Numbered from the whole stretch's first letter, positions 23,277 through 37,086 are shown. The stretch: 63,987 nucleotides of DNA, filler included, from Circinaria calcarea (GCA_051942165.1; 36 parts of 36 records of this genome joined end to end with filler, not necessarily neighbours in it); one strand, 5' to 3'. Program-made: numbers and translations. Notes: generated by a model not told the origin, from the sequence alone.

Positions 23277-24358
23277 ATGTACCTCCCCTCCCATTCCTCC
23301 TACATCCTCCTCCTCTACCTTTCAATCATCATCACTGCAATCCCACAGGACTCCTGTAAGCAAGTCCAGCCGAGAAGCACCGCTTTTGCCATTTCCCTAT
23401 TTGACCAAGAAAACTACTTCCCTTTACTAACCCTTCACCCCTTCTACGCAGGGCCCGTGGACGAAATAACCCACGGCAACTACAGAATCTACAACTGCGG
23501 CACCCATGTTCCCGCCGTCCAAACTCTCCTCGACCTTACAATCGCCTTCCTACAAACCGCCCTCGCCGCCTGCACGCCTTCCAACCGCATTTACGCAACA
23601 TTCTTCCATCAGGTGCCCCCCGCCCGTGTGAAGGCCATCCTGCAGAAAATCATCGAGGGTCAGACCCTAGACTTCCCCAAGCACCCCTTCCTCGACGACA
23701 ACTTCCAACCGACCATCTTGTGCGTTATCCCGGAGTCAAGAAAGCTGGAATCCTTGATGGCGCACTGCAACCAACCCCCGACGCCAGCCGGCATCTTGAG
23801 CAATACGCCATTTACGTTTCTCTGTCCTAACTTCCTCAAGCTGCGGCGCCTCCCGTCTTCGGACGGGTGTCCGACGGTCCTGAGGGGCAAATTTCTCCAC
23901 GGGGGCCACGACATGACGTTTTCGCAGATGACGATCCTCATACACGAGCTGGCGCATCTCTATATCGGAAAGGAGGCCCTGAGACAGGAAGTCTATGATG
24001 CGAACGAGGCAATGCGGTTGCCGACGGATTTGGCGTGGCGGAACGCGCAGAATTATGCCTTGTTTGTTGGGAGTGGGTCTTGTCCCTTTTCCCTTTTCCC
24101 TTTTCCCTTTTCCCTTTTCCCTTTTCCCTTTCCAATTGACGAGTGACAACTAACTTGGAACCTCCACTTTCTTCTGTTCTAGGTTTCATCGCTGGCTGCA
24201 CCCAATTCCCCACGAGCCGCGCCTTGAACCGCGACGGACGCGAGCTCCTGAAAGCCGGCCACCCAGCATCCCATTTGAGCGATGCGGTGCAGCTACCGCC
24301 GGGATGCCCGAAAGGTTCCGTGCAGGCGATTTTGGGGTTGTGCAAACCGAGTGCGTAG
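23277..24358 (+). CDS. Secreted HEXXH zinc metallopeptidase-like protein (M35/aspzincin-like)
   Basis: Hydrophobic signal peptide, several Cys, FLCPNF, ILIHELAHLY, EVYD, NAQNYALF; intron about 24074-24182 containing a (TTTTCCC)n repeat. Confidence 0.75.
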
Positions 24359-27300
24359 GAGGGTGGGCGTTAGCGCCGGAGGAGGTCCACCAGCGGTATC
24401 ACCAGCGTCGACCAGCGGCATTCACCAAACGTGATGGGGATTAAAGCCGTCGTAATCGTAATTTTTAAAATCAAGCAAGGGGAAGAAGGGAAAGGGAACC
24501 AAGGTATCGAGAATCCTGGCCGTCCGTCGCTACCCAGGGTTACAGCCTCGACTAGGGGAACTAGCCAAGCCACTTCTGCCCTTTGAGGAAGTTGATTTTA
24601 AAAGACATTACCCTGGTGTATATATACAAGTTTAGCGTGGCGAAATGACAATGGAAATAGTAACGATAATGGTAATTAATAATCCGTTGTGGTTCTTGAG
24701 GAGGCCCGGACCGCGCCGAAGACGATTTTAAGGGGATTCGGGTATTTTGGAGTCGGTAGTCGGTAGTTGGTAGTGGAATATAGAATAAGTCGGGAGACTT
24801 TTTTCCTTATCTTGCGTTGTCTTACCTTGCGCCCTTCCCCTTATTCTCATAACCTAAAAAAAATTACAACTTTCCAAGCCCAAGCCCAAGCCCAAGCCCA
24901 AGCCCNNNNNNNNNNNNNNNNNNNNNNNNNNNNNNNNNNNNNNNNNNNNTTAATTAATTAANNNNNNNNNNNNNNNNNNNNNNNNNNNNNNNNNNNNNNN
25001 NNNNNCAACTAACCACCCCCCCCTCTCTCCCCACCCGGGCGATATCCCTATTAGAGAAACTTTGGCTGCTACTGCTGCTGTGGCATCAATTCACAATTGG
25101 CGGTTTTTCTCTATCTCACTTATTTTACCGTGGAGAAGTTTTCGGATGTTTTATCGGGGGGCCTCGAGGGGGAGCTTGCACGGATACGGATGTGGGGATT
25201 TAGAGCGAATGATTTAGAGCGAATGTGCTGCCCAGAAGGAGATTTGGGGAGGGCGGTGGCGTTTGATTTCCGAGTCTTTCATCCATCCCCACCCCATCTC
25301 AATATAGGAAGGTAGTCTATAAACCTCCCCTCTAAGTTTTTTGCACTCCAAGCTGAAATCTCTCCAACCTTTTGTTCCCTTTTTTTTTTCTAGAAATTTC
25401 TCCTACCGCATCATGTTTTCTTTCTTTTTCTCTCCCTCTCTCCCCTTACGTGCGCGCTATCAATACAAAACGAGTTTGCACCTCGAAAAAGATACTAAGG
25501 GGATTGTCTCCGATCTATAAACTAGGGGTAGATCACGCCTTGTCTCCTGAGTTCCCCCAACCCCCCCCAATCCTCTCCTCATCCTCACTCTACTTTCGTG
25601 CTCGAAGCACCCCTTAGGGATAACCCACGAGTGGGAGTGTCAAGAGAGGAATGGAAAAGGTAGAAAAGGAAAAAAAGCGATAGGAAGTGCCAAAGAAGGG
25701 CCAACGAAAGGTGAGGCGAGGCGAGGCGAGTGTTTCCAAAGGGGTTGGGTTTTCTGGGGCGGAGAGGGAGGAAGATGGTATTATAGAACGCGGCCCCCAT
25801 CCATAGGAAACGACAAAGGAGAGGGATTGTGAGAGTGCGTGAGAGAGAGAGAGGAGGATGGAAAGAATCAAGGAGGGAAGTGTGGCGCGCGTTGGCCGCG
25901 ACGGCCTTGATGAATGTGTTAGCATCAGCGTCAGGGACAGCAGGGCCGAGATTATTTTCATCATAGGCTACAAACGATAGCGTTACCTCGCTGCTGCCAT
26001 TGGGTAAGTCACGTGGATGAGGAGACGGGCTGCCGGGATAGCAAGATGATCATTGGAAAAGCACGAGCGGATTCTAGGGTTGAAAAGGCGGACATTATAC
26101 ATTGGCCGAGATGGTTCTGTTACTTCAGCGATTATCCAATAGCGGAAGAGTATCTTGTGGATGATGTTCAGACATGGCTTTTTGAATGCTCCGAAACCAA
26201 AGTATGCCCTAAAAGGAAGGACAGGCGAGGAGGGGTAAGCCGGAGCAGCAGAAGCTCCGATCCGAAGGGAAATCTGCCCGATCTTGCAATTGAAAAAGTA
26301 AATCGACCCAAGTAAAGTTAAAAAGACCCAATCTCATATAGAGTTAGAAGTTTAAACCGGTACAGAGCGATATGTTCCGTTGGCTAGAAAGAATTTTGGT
26401 AGATGATTTTGATACCAAGAGTCGACTCCGCCGGCTCGAACACAGCAAGTCGGTGTTTTATTGCACCAAACCTATTCTCGTGTGCCAAGTGATGTTACAG
26501 CCGTGATCACGATACGCATTCTATCCCAACCGGCGAACTTCCCCTTCTGTACATTTTGGTAATGAAAGGAAGGGAAGAGCGGATAAATCTCATTGTGATA
26601 GCCTTGAAGGAACGGGAGATTCGCATCACGACCTTGGGACGGAAATGGGACGCAAAGCTTGTTTTGTATAATGGAGAGGAGGGGGAGNNNNNNNNNNNNN
26701 NNNNNNNNNNNNNNNNNNNNNNNNNNNNNNNTTAATTAATTAANNNNNNNNNNNNNNNNNNNNNNNNNNNNNNNNNNNNNNNNNNNNACTAAGTGTTCGG
26801 AGAGAAAGAGAAGGTGCAGAAAGATCTCAGTGACTTGGCCAAGAGAGAAGTGCTCGTATGTGCTTGAAAGAAGTTGGCAGTTGGCAGAATACGAGAGCTG
26901 GGCAGGAATTCCTGTGAAGAAGGAAGAAAAAAAGTTGCGAGGGAAAGCTACCCTTAAATACCGTTGTGCTAACGAAGCTCCACTCTAATTCTTAAACTCA
27001 AAATCCATCTCGACGGGCAACAGTACCACCGAATCGCCTCAGGGTGGGGCCAAATAAACGATAGCAGAATCAGAACCAAATCAACGAATTGTGCTCAGAC
27101 GCTCAATGAACTGTCAAAAAAGCACAACTGCGTACGCAGCGCGCACTGGTACCACCGCGCAACGATAACGAATCGCTCAAATACGTTTGTATTCCTATGA
27201 ACAATAGAGGCTCGACGCCCACATCGCGCAACAAAGCGCATCAGTATACGGAGCACCTCCTTCGTACCAACGTTCAACGCCAACAACCTTCCACGATAGC

Positions 27301-28569
27301 CTTATGCGATCTATATAAGCAACTGCTCGCCACCGATTACAACCATTTGATCTCAACATCATCGCCCAACAGTCATCTCCTCCCTACTAGAAACGTTACG
27401 TGTAGATAGAACTTAGAAAGTCGAAATCATATATACATCAATTCGAACAACTCCACCTCACAACTTGAGACGTGCTACCATTGTACTCGTAGCTCAATGA
27501 GAATCCAGATATCGCATGAACAATTTCTAGCGTTATACGTAAACGTCCCCCCTATCTTCCCCCTTTTTCTTCTCTAGCTGTACCAAATTGCACAATTCGC
27601 CGTACCTTCCCCGTTAACTTTCCGTACCATGCATTGCGAAACCTGGGGATTGCGACCAATACCGCTCGGACGGTTACCAGATAAAGCGGGGGGAATGAAA
27701 ACTTAAATCGAAATCTGACGGGATAAAAAAGTTTAATTCGGTATTAAAAGTTTGGTACGGCGGTCGGAACGGTACGCTCCAGGAGCCGGCCCGAGACTCA
27801 CCGTTAATCAACCAGTCTGACAGAAAACTTGAGCCGAGAACAAAGCTTAAGTCAACATCAAAGTTCGGTACAGCTTCCGTTAGCGCCCTTTGCAGTACCA
27901 AACTTTCAATTGGCAAAGAATAGTCAAAGAGAAACCTTTTTGCTATTGCCCATACGCGGGACGAACGCGAACACGGGTTTTCGAGAGAAGCAAAATCCAG
28001 TGTACGTCACTCGTACCGAAAGTAGTTTCGAGCACCAAACCAAATTAGCAAGACAACAGCCTTTTTTGCTGTGGAGCTTCCAGATACGGAATCGAAATAG
28101 GGATGCTTGAACATTCTCCATCCCCTCACTGCGCACTCGACACTTGACAGCCATCGCATAAACACATACCACACTTCACCGTCAGCATACCACCACATAA
28201 CTTTCTTCCATAAACTTCAGATCCCCGAACCGGAATTCTCCTTCTAACACCCCAGCACTCCAACCCTCAACGCACCCATCTACATTCCCCCCGAACAATA
28301 CCAAACTTCAAACCCCCAACCTTCAAAATAAACCTTACCCAATCTCCCCCATTTCTCCCAAGTAGAACCCCTTCAGTCATCTTCTTCACCTTGCGCAAAT
28401 GCCAAAACGCCAAAAAAAACAAACCAAAACAATAGTATAAACATCACCGCCTGACCCCCCCCTCAATCCNNNNNNNNNNNNNNNNNNNNNNNNNNNNNNN
28501 NNNNNNNNNNNNNTTAATTAATTAANNNNNNNNNNNNNNNNNNNNNNNNNNNNNNNNNNNNNNNNNNNN

Positions 28570-28649
28570 TGTGCTGGAAAGGATTGCTTTGCGTGCTGTT
28601 CGTATGGCGACACCGGCGAGCGCAGTGACTGAGAGCGGACGTTCATCAT
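28570..28649 (-). CDS. Possible N-terminus of an unidentified protein (MMNVRSQSLRSPVSPYEQHAKQSFPA), preceded by a long GC-rich leader
   Basis: GCCATG start context, frame open to the contig edge; family not recognisable. Confidence 0.3.
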
Positions 28650-30349
28650 GGCTCCCGGGTGTTGGACCGGTGTTGGCGAAGCAGTGCGACGGTTGCTGTT
28701 ATCCGTTCCCGCAATGCCCAAGCTGTCAGATAGCCGTTGCTGCTATCCGCTCCGGCAAGATCTGGAAGAGTGAGACAGACGGAGATGGAGGAGGCAAGTG
28801 AGGTTGGGTGAGGTACAGCAGCGTTATATCTTCCAGCCGGAGGGAATCTGAAACGCAAAGACAACAGATGGTCTGTGATGCGGAGGGAGGCTGTGGGTAA
28901 GACGAGGTAGGGCAGGTCAAGATATATGGCTGCGGGTTCCTGGATCAGAGGGAGTGGGCGGTGCGGTAGAGATGGTGGGGGTGGAAGGATGATAGACAGG
29001 GTACCTTGGCCCAGGATGGACAGGGTGCAGCAGGCAAGCAAGCACAACTGCACCAGCACCAGCACCGCAACAATTAACAATTTCAGGCAACGGTGCTGTT
29101 CCAGACGTCAACCCTGCGCGCTGCTCGCTGCACCCCGGGCCATCAGTCTGTTCGGTGCGAGAGGAAGACGAGGCAGGCTGCCCTAGAGGGAAGGCTAGTG
29201 CGTCAGGGCAGGCAGGGTGTAACATATTTGACTTTTCTCCAGGAAACGTTGCTAAGGACGGGTATGCCAGTCAAAGGTAAACGCGGCACTGCCCACACAG
29301 GTCCGGTCCACGACTTCTCGCTCCGCCAAAAATAATCATCATACGACCAAAGGTAATCAGACTGTAAATACCTTATGCAAGCCCCCTCCGGAACTGAACC
29401 TGGGTGGGGTGTGCAGGGAGCGAGCTAGGGTCAGCAGGGATACGCAGCCTGCGGACCGCAGGGATGCAAGGTCCAGAGACATGCAGGGGTAAGGGCCGTA
29501 TCGTAAGATCCCTGCCGTATTACCGTTGACTCAGGACCGAGCTCCAAGGCGAGTGAAGCTTGGGGAGAGCTTCGACTGCTCGACGTGCACGCCCCAATGC
29601 CGTCCGTCGAGCGTGGAGCTCTTCTCCCGTCGACCCCCCCTTGTTGGCGGTCGGCATGTTGGATTGCTCTGTCGGCCGAGCTTGATTGTTCCGGAATCCG
29701 TGTCAGTCGTGCTTCGCTTCGCGCAACTAAAGCCATCTATCAGCCCGTCAGTCCAATCTCCCATGCCTGGACTTAGCGCAGCAACAGGATTTCCCTAATC
29801 CGTCTAACGCTCAGCCGCACATCCAAAGCAAATCACCCTTCGAATTACGAACATGATAGCAGCAAGGCTACCAGGCCCCGGAAGGTAGAAGCCGTACGAC
29901 GGCACCCCGTCATCGCAACCGAAAGGCAGTCGCTCCCTCCTAACCCCACCTCGGCTATGGCGTCGAGTCGAATCGCGTCTCCGGAGCGATCGCTGATGCC
30001 GCCCAGAACAATCCTAATCGGAATGATAACACAACCATGGCCCTTCCCCAGGCGAGGATCGTCGGATTGCTCGCTTCCGTCAGCCGTCTACCCAGATTGG
30101 TCGCTTTGAGTCGTCGTCGTTCGGCCTTATTCCTGCTGATCGCGACTCCGGATGATCAGAAACAACGTGGACGGGCAGGGTGAGGGCTAGTCAAAACTGC
30201 AGAATCCCTAACCTCCTTCGAGTAACAGGGCGATGATCGGCCTCGTGGGNNNNNNNNNNNNNNNNNNNNNNNNNNNNNNNNNNNNNNNNNNNNTTAATTA
30301 ATTAANNNNNNNNNNNNNNNNNNNNNNNNNNNNNNNNNNNNNNNNNNNN

Positions 30350-31428
30350 GCTCAACGGCGAGGGCATACAGCGTACCTTCACCGAACCAACGGAGATTAT
30401 TTGGACAGTAGCCATCAGCGAAGATGACATCTTCATGGGTAAAGAAGATGGCTCGATAAGCGTGTACAATGTTCAGTCAGGGTTCGCCTCCCTACTACTA
30501 TTGCACTACAGCAGCACGAGCAACCTTTCCTTGCTGACGCACCTTGTAGCGCTGCTCTCCCCGTCCTTGTCGGGCACACAGCCTGCATTTCCACTTTGAG
30601 AGTTTCCGACCAAGGACCCCGCAGGCTAATCTCAGGCTCCGAGGATGGATCCATCCGCGTCTGGGACGTAAAGTCAGGAAGCTGCCTCGGCGTCTTGGTA
30701 GGCAGCCATAGAAGTACCATCCTCCACTTGGAAATGGATGCCGACGAACTGATCTCATGCTCTGAGGATGGAACGGCTTGTATCTGGAGCCTGCAAACGT
30801 ACAGGTGTTCGCAGACATTACAAGTCAGCGAGGGACCAGTGTTTTCTCTAACGACGAAGATGAAATGGGTAGCCACAGGTAGCAGGGACGGAAAAGTAAA
30901 AGTCTGGGACAGGGAGAATGGGTAAGGACCTCTTGCATAAGATTCCCAAGACCCCAATACCTCTGTCCCAATCGAGTACTCACGCGTCCCTGCTTCAGCT
31001 CTCTACTAGTAACTCTAGACGCCCATCAGCGCGTCGTAAACGGGCTCCGCCATCACAATGATTCGCTAGTATCCACCGGTGCAGACGGCTGGGTGAAGGT
31101 ATGGTCAACGGAATCATACCAACTGCTTCGGAGCGTCAAGATGCACGATCACGCTGTCACGGCGAGGGATTTGCTGGGTGGGATGATTGTAACAGGAGGT
31201 AAAGACGGAGGATACGAGGAGGATGTGTGCGGACTCGATTCGAGGCTGCGGATGTGGAGGGTGGATGGGAAAGGTGGGGAAGGCGGAGATCAAACAGTCA
31301 GGGATATAGGGGTACCGGCATTGATGACTTGGGATCTGGCCGCTGTGGGGAACAAGATCGTGGTCTCCTTGTGTAAGCGGGGGAGACCGACTGTGGAGGT
31401 GTGGGAGCTTGAGGAGAGGGAAACATGA
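30350..31428 (+). CDS. WD40-repeat protein, 5'-truncated
   Basis: Repeated GH...SGSEDGSIRVWD, SCSEDGTACIWS, TGSRDGKVKVWD, TGADGWVKVWS; introns about 30482-30549 and 30922-30998. Confidence 0.9.
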
Positions 31429-33192
31429 AGAGTAATGAAAATCCACTGCTTTGATAAAGTCACAAGAAAAGATCTGAACTAGAAAAAAATCTATTTAATG
31501 CTGATCTAACTATTGCGCTTACGGTTCACACTTTTGCAAATAGAGGCCGCTTTTTTTTTTATCGCTGAATCAAGCGCTTAAGATAAAATCCCCATTCGCA
31601 AAAAAGCCCATGCGATATTGGTACGGTGGCTCAAATGTGTTGAATATTGGAAGCCAACATACCCGTACTGCCGAGGTTCTGTATCCCTTAAACCGTTGCT
31701 CAAACGGACTGAACCGTGCACGGTACAGGTGGATTTCGGGCACTAATAAAATCTTAAGATTTTGGCCAATCGTCGGAAGAGTCATAGAGTTAATCCTACC
31801 AAAAAATAAATATATTTTCAAAAATTATTCTATTTATGGCTATAAAATTTGATACTTCGTATGAGACGGGGTTAAAGCCTAGCCAACACCTAGGATTCTT
31901 GCAGCATACGCCATATGGTGCATACTATACACCCCCATATCGATTCAAGAAGCACTTTCTGTTTACGTTTGTTTTGATTGGCATCAATTTCAGCAAGTGG
32001 TTCCGTTTTTGGCTGCCGATACATTTTGCNNNNNNNNNNNNNNNNNNNNNNNNNNNNNNNNNNNNNNNNNNNNTTAATTAATTAANNNNNNNNNNNNNNN
32101 NNNNNNNNNNNNNNNNNNNNNNNNNNNNNCCCCCCCAAGAGCTTGAGCGACGACTTCCCCCAATACACACGGGGGTTTAATTCCCCATTAACGGCCCGCC
32201 AGTGCCCATACACTACTCTAACGGAGAAATCCGATACACCACTATCACCCACAACAGTAAGTTAGAGGTCGTCGGAACGGATTATACGGTCGGACCGATC
32301 TCATTTCGAGCAACTTCTCTGGTTATATCACAGCATAATCTCGAGAAGGGGGTTTATACCTAGCTCTCCTCAGACTGAGGTTGATGCCTAGTCGGGCAAG
32401 GGAACCAGATCCCATGTCCACCACGGCCCAATATATTCCTATTCAATATAAATGCTGCTTCGTCAAAGAAACTCTTATAGGAATCCCTACTCTGTGGTGG
32501 TTTTATCTCGATAATTGGATAATGTCAAAAGCATCAAGGTTGACAATCTGCTTTCTGCGTATATCCATCTAGGTGATTTCTGTTCCGGCACGACAGCAAG
32601 TTAGGGATATTTGTAGTCGTTCCCAAGGGTTTAGGATCACCATATGTGTATTACACGTAGTGTTTCGCGAGTGGGAGGTGTCCGAAGGGGAATGGAAGAG
32701 ATTGGAGGAGTTGTCGAGTGCCGGGTTGCCTATTCCATACACACGCTGCAGATATTCAATAAGAGGAAGAAGGTATGCTTTGTGAGGAAAGGGAAGGGCT
32801 TATAACGGTAAAGGAACAATAGGATAGGGCCACGTATGTATTCCTGGGTACCAGATAATAGCTGATAGCCTAGCTCAATTAAGGTAAGGTAGCAGGAGGC
32901 TGAAAGGGGTGAGCATGGTTAATTTGGTCAGAGTATGAGAATTGCGGTCAGTGACTTTGAGAGATACAAGTCTATAGTTAGATACGACCTATCGCTAGAA
33001 ATGCTGTACGCCAGGCACCCGGCAGGAAAAGAATCGGAGATGTTGAAAACCTCTGTAGGGTTCTTGTGCGGTAAACCAAGTTCTTTTCACGTCGTTCTCA
33101 CTTCACGTCATTTCATGATCACAAGCCTGGGGCATCTAGCACTTATCATGCCTCGTAAGTACCTTTTTCCCAGAGCGACCATGTTCATCGGT

Positions 33193-33809
33193 TTAAGCCG
33201 CAGACTCGGTGATTAGTTTTGTGATCTTGCCAATGGCAATTGTTTGTCCCTTGGGTTTAAGGTCAGCATGAAGTGATGTGACTAATCACCTACCAATGCT
33301 CATACCTGATCACGTAGAGTAAATCTACCAAGCTGCGGATAGTCCTCAAACCGCTCCACACATATCGCCCCGGCCCCACCAATGACTTGCAATTGGGCAA
33401 TTATGCTTTGCCCTTTCGCTGCGAACGCTGGGGGCTTCTTACTCTTTCGGCCGGTACCCTTCTCTAGGCGATGAAGTAAAGCTGAGAATGTAACCTCTTC
33501 GATAGCGGAATGGACCTAAAGAGCGGGTGAGCTAAACCATTCTGCGAGCTAACAGGGCATGGGTGTAAAGTCCATACATGCATCACACAATTGAATCCTG
33601 CACTGAGGATTGACTTCAACTCAAGAAGCACTATCTGAGCTTCGAATGACGAAACGCAGTGGACTGGCCGATTCTTCGAGCAGAGAACGAAGCCTGGGAG
33701 AATATCTTCCTCTTCTACTCCTCGAATTCTTAACCTTACTTGATCGCCGCAAGTCGCTTGGGGGATTTCTTCTTCGGTTTCGCCATAGAGTGCGGAGATT
33801 GTCACTTCA
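33193..33809 (-). CDS. SUP35: Translation termination factor eRF3, C-terminal part
   Basis: CGDQVRLRIRGVEEEDILPGFVL, ILSAGFNCVMH, CVERFEDYPQLGRFTLRDQ|GQTIAIGKITKL; two introns. Confidence 0.95.
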
Positions 33810-34937
33810 NNNNNNNNNNNNNNNNNNNNNNNNNNNNNNNNNNNNNNNNNNNNTTAATTAATTAANNNNNNNNNNNNNNNNNNNNNNNNNNNNNNNNNNN
33901 NNNNNNNNNTCTCTTCTCTTCTCTTCTGTTCGCTTTTGCACTTCCATCCTCTATCCCTTCGGCCTTTGTCTCTTGGGATACTAGGATACTAGAATACCAA
34001 CACCCACCAGGAAGCCCGGGCACCTTGGAACCCGAACAAGACCGGGCGGGATAGAGGGAAGTGATGTTTTTATTCCCCCGGGGGGGGGGAGCGCGGAGGG
34101 GAGTTGAAGGATCCTAGGACCGGAAGGAACGAACGGGATAAATGAACAGATGGACAGGTTAAACGACAGATACAAAGAATTCAAAGGACTACGGACTACT
34201 ACAAAAAGTCCTCCCTTCCGAGACAACGCAAAGAAGGGATGCGTACGTACGTACGTACGGGTTGTATCAAATCTCAATACCAATCTCAGCACCATTAACC
34301 CACACGTCACCAAACCAAACCAAACCAAACCATCCAGTCTCAAACCCCCAGAACCCCAAACCCGTACATATACCAGCAGAGCCAGAGCCAGACGCAGCAG
34401 AGCAGAGCCAGCTTGGAGTAGAAAAAGGGCCCTAGCTACCTAGCTGTACACTCCCTCCTTCCCTTCTATTTAAAGCAAGAGAGAAAAACACCCTCCAGTT
34501 CTCTACCCCACAGACAACCCAACCCGCTTCCCACATCTCCCACGAGTCCTACAGTTCCCCTCACCGTACGGGGCATCAGATGTACATCTCAGAGAGCCTA
34601 CCCTAGCATTCAAAACTCGCCTTCACTTCACATAGGGTGGCCTTACGTCCAGACTACGGAACACGTACAATGGGAAGAAAAAGGGTGGTTTCAATATAAT
34701 TTCTGATTTGCATATTATTTCTCGTACGAGCTTCAAAGGATCTACCCCGAAGAAAAACTGCCGCTCAAATAATCTATACTCGATGCTGAATTTGCCCAGC
34801 CTAAAGCTCTCATTGCCACCACAGTTAGGTCTTGGCCATTCCATTCCACACCATCACTCGCAAGGGAGCCCATTCGATTCATCCTTTTGAATACAGGCCA
34901 TTGCGAGAAAGAAAAAGGTCACCAGCTGAGTCCGGTG

Positions 34938-35588
34938 TTAATCCAGCAAACTGGGTTCGGCTTCCTGCTCAACTGCTTCCCCAGGTCTCCAGACCTCTAC
35001 CCGCCTCACCCTCCCTCCGTTCACGCCCGTCTCCACCACTGGGCTCCTCGGTTCCTCGACGCCTTCGCCGAATAACGCCGCTTCCATTCTCTGGTCCAGC
35101 ACCTGTTGACGCTGCTGGACGGCGTTATCCCTTGCGATCTGGTTCAATCTTGCGTCATGGGCGACGTGGCCCCCGGCAGCAAATTCCTGGTACGCGTTGG
35201 CTGGAGGAGAAGGACGAGGAGAAGGAGGAGGAAGACGAGTGTTCCGCGTAGGAGTTCGTCCGCCTCGGTTTTGGCGTTGAGCCGGGGATCGGGGTGCTGG
35301 TTGTGATGTCAGTGCTGGAGATTGCGTAACAGAAAATGGTACTGGCTTACCATCGATGCCTTCAATCACTGGCGGAGGAGGCAACGAAGCAGGGCTCGCT
35401 TTGTCACAAGCACATTTGCATGGCTTGGAACATTCTTGCTGGCATACATGGCCACATGCCCGCGTCTTATTGCACTTCATCCTGCAATAAACTCCGAGTG
35501 TTGCATCCTGAAACTCATCAGCATCTTCATTTTGAACCGGGATGTGATGTAACTTACGGATGACACGTCAACTGACAGACGTGCTTGC
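34938..35588 (-). CDS. C-terminus of an NF-X1-type zinc-finger protein, probably a ZNFX1/Hrr1-like helicase
   Basis: CKHVCQLTCHP (intron) ..YCRMKCNKTRACGHVCQQECSKPCKCAC, then a low-complexity tail; apparent 1-nt frameshift near 35492. Confidence 0.6.
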
Positions 35589-36849
35589 NNNNNNNNNNNN
35601 NNNNNNNNNNNNNNNNNNNNNNNNNNNNNNNNTTAATTAATTAANNNNNNNNNNNNNNNNNNNNNNNNNNNNNNNNNNNNNNNNNNNNCCTAACTTTATC
35701 CACAGAAGAATCTCGCTGAAGCCCAAGGACAAGCTCGGATTGGAACCACCGAGACCATGGCATGGAACACGATATTCTGGGCAGGATCATGCAATACATG
35801 CAAGTACATGCGCAAACGGGATGGAGATCAAGAATGCAATCAGATGATCCTTGCGTCTCCGTGCATGGCGTGGAAGATGGACATCATAAACTAAAGAAGA
35901 ATGCATGGCGCATTGGATGCATAAGGAGCCGTTTATAGGGTGCAGACGTAACCACGCAGTGGAGATGCTCGGAAAGCGTGGCGAGATATATCGTCTACTA
36001 GTAGCCTATGAGTGGAGGTGCTCGGAAAGGGCTGGAAGGGTGGGCTGCCAAAGGCCTCCCTGTACCCTCCAGTTGGGAATCAACTTCCAGATCTTTCCAA
36101 GTTGTGGAGAGCTGAGAGTTCTGCAATACTGCTGATGCGCCCTAGGCACATGTCGTTGTAGAGCATGCGGTGACGGGGTACCTCAGTACCTCAGGCGGAA
36201 TTCTGCGCCAGCGTACCAGCTGTTAGGTATTGTAGCCGACGACTTACTCTACCATCTTCCTCCACTTCCACCTCCAACGTCATCGAGAGCAGCGTCAACC
36301 AAAGACCAAATCGACCTACAACTGTCGTTCGAGGGCGGACCGAGAGATGCCGTCTGCTCGAAAATGTCGAAGCTGATCTCGCCCTCCGGCACTGAATACG
36401 CTATGAGGCCCTGATTACAATCGGTAATATCAACCGAGGAGAGGATGTATATTATATATTTCTACCGTTCAAGAAGACCGAGTGTCTTAAATACTCATTG
36501 TTAATCGTATCTTGTTGCGTACCTTTGCTCTTTTCAAGTTTCTCAATCATGGGGAGCCTCCCGGTAGAGATTCCGACTTTGGACTTTTCGTTATTATTTC
36601 AAGCGGCGGTCAACAAGAGCGAGACACTGCGGAGCAGTTCTTACATGCCTTGTCGAGCTGTGGATTTTCGTCAAACTTACCGACCATGGGATCCCGGAAA
36701 GCTTTATCGACGAAGCGTTTGAGAAGGTATCTAGACATAATTAAAAACCGAACGGCGACTCGCTGATTGGCCCCATGACTGAGTCCATCGGCCCGGATGG
36801 TCCACCCAAGTACAAGAAGATAAAAACTTGGGCGCTACCAGACATCCAA

Positions 36850-37086
36850 GTGAGAGTATAGAGCAAAAGTCACCGGACACCCTGCTTTTTTTCTAAGTCC
36901 GTTCACCGCAGGGTAAATTAGTAATTTCGGAAAATTACGGCCCCACCAAATGGGTGCGCAGTACTAGAAATGCAGGATATCCCGGCTAATTTGGCAAGGT
37001 GGGCCGTAATTTACCGAAATTATCAATTTACCCTGCGATGAACGGACAAAGTGCAGGGTGTCCAGTGACTTGCTCTATACTCTTAC
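36850..37086. mobile_element. Foldback/MITE-like element with about 90-bp imperfect inverted arms
   Basis: GAGTATAGAGCAA..GGACACCCTGC..CGCAGGGTAAATT..TTACGGCCC is mirrored on the right arm; no TSD found. Confidence 0.75.
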
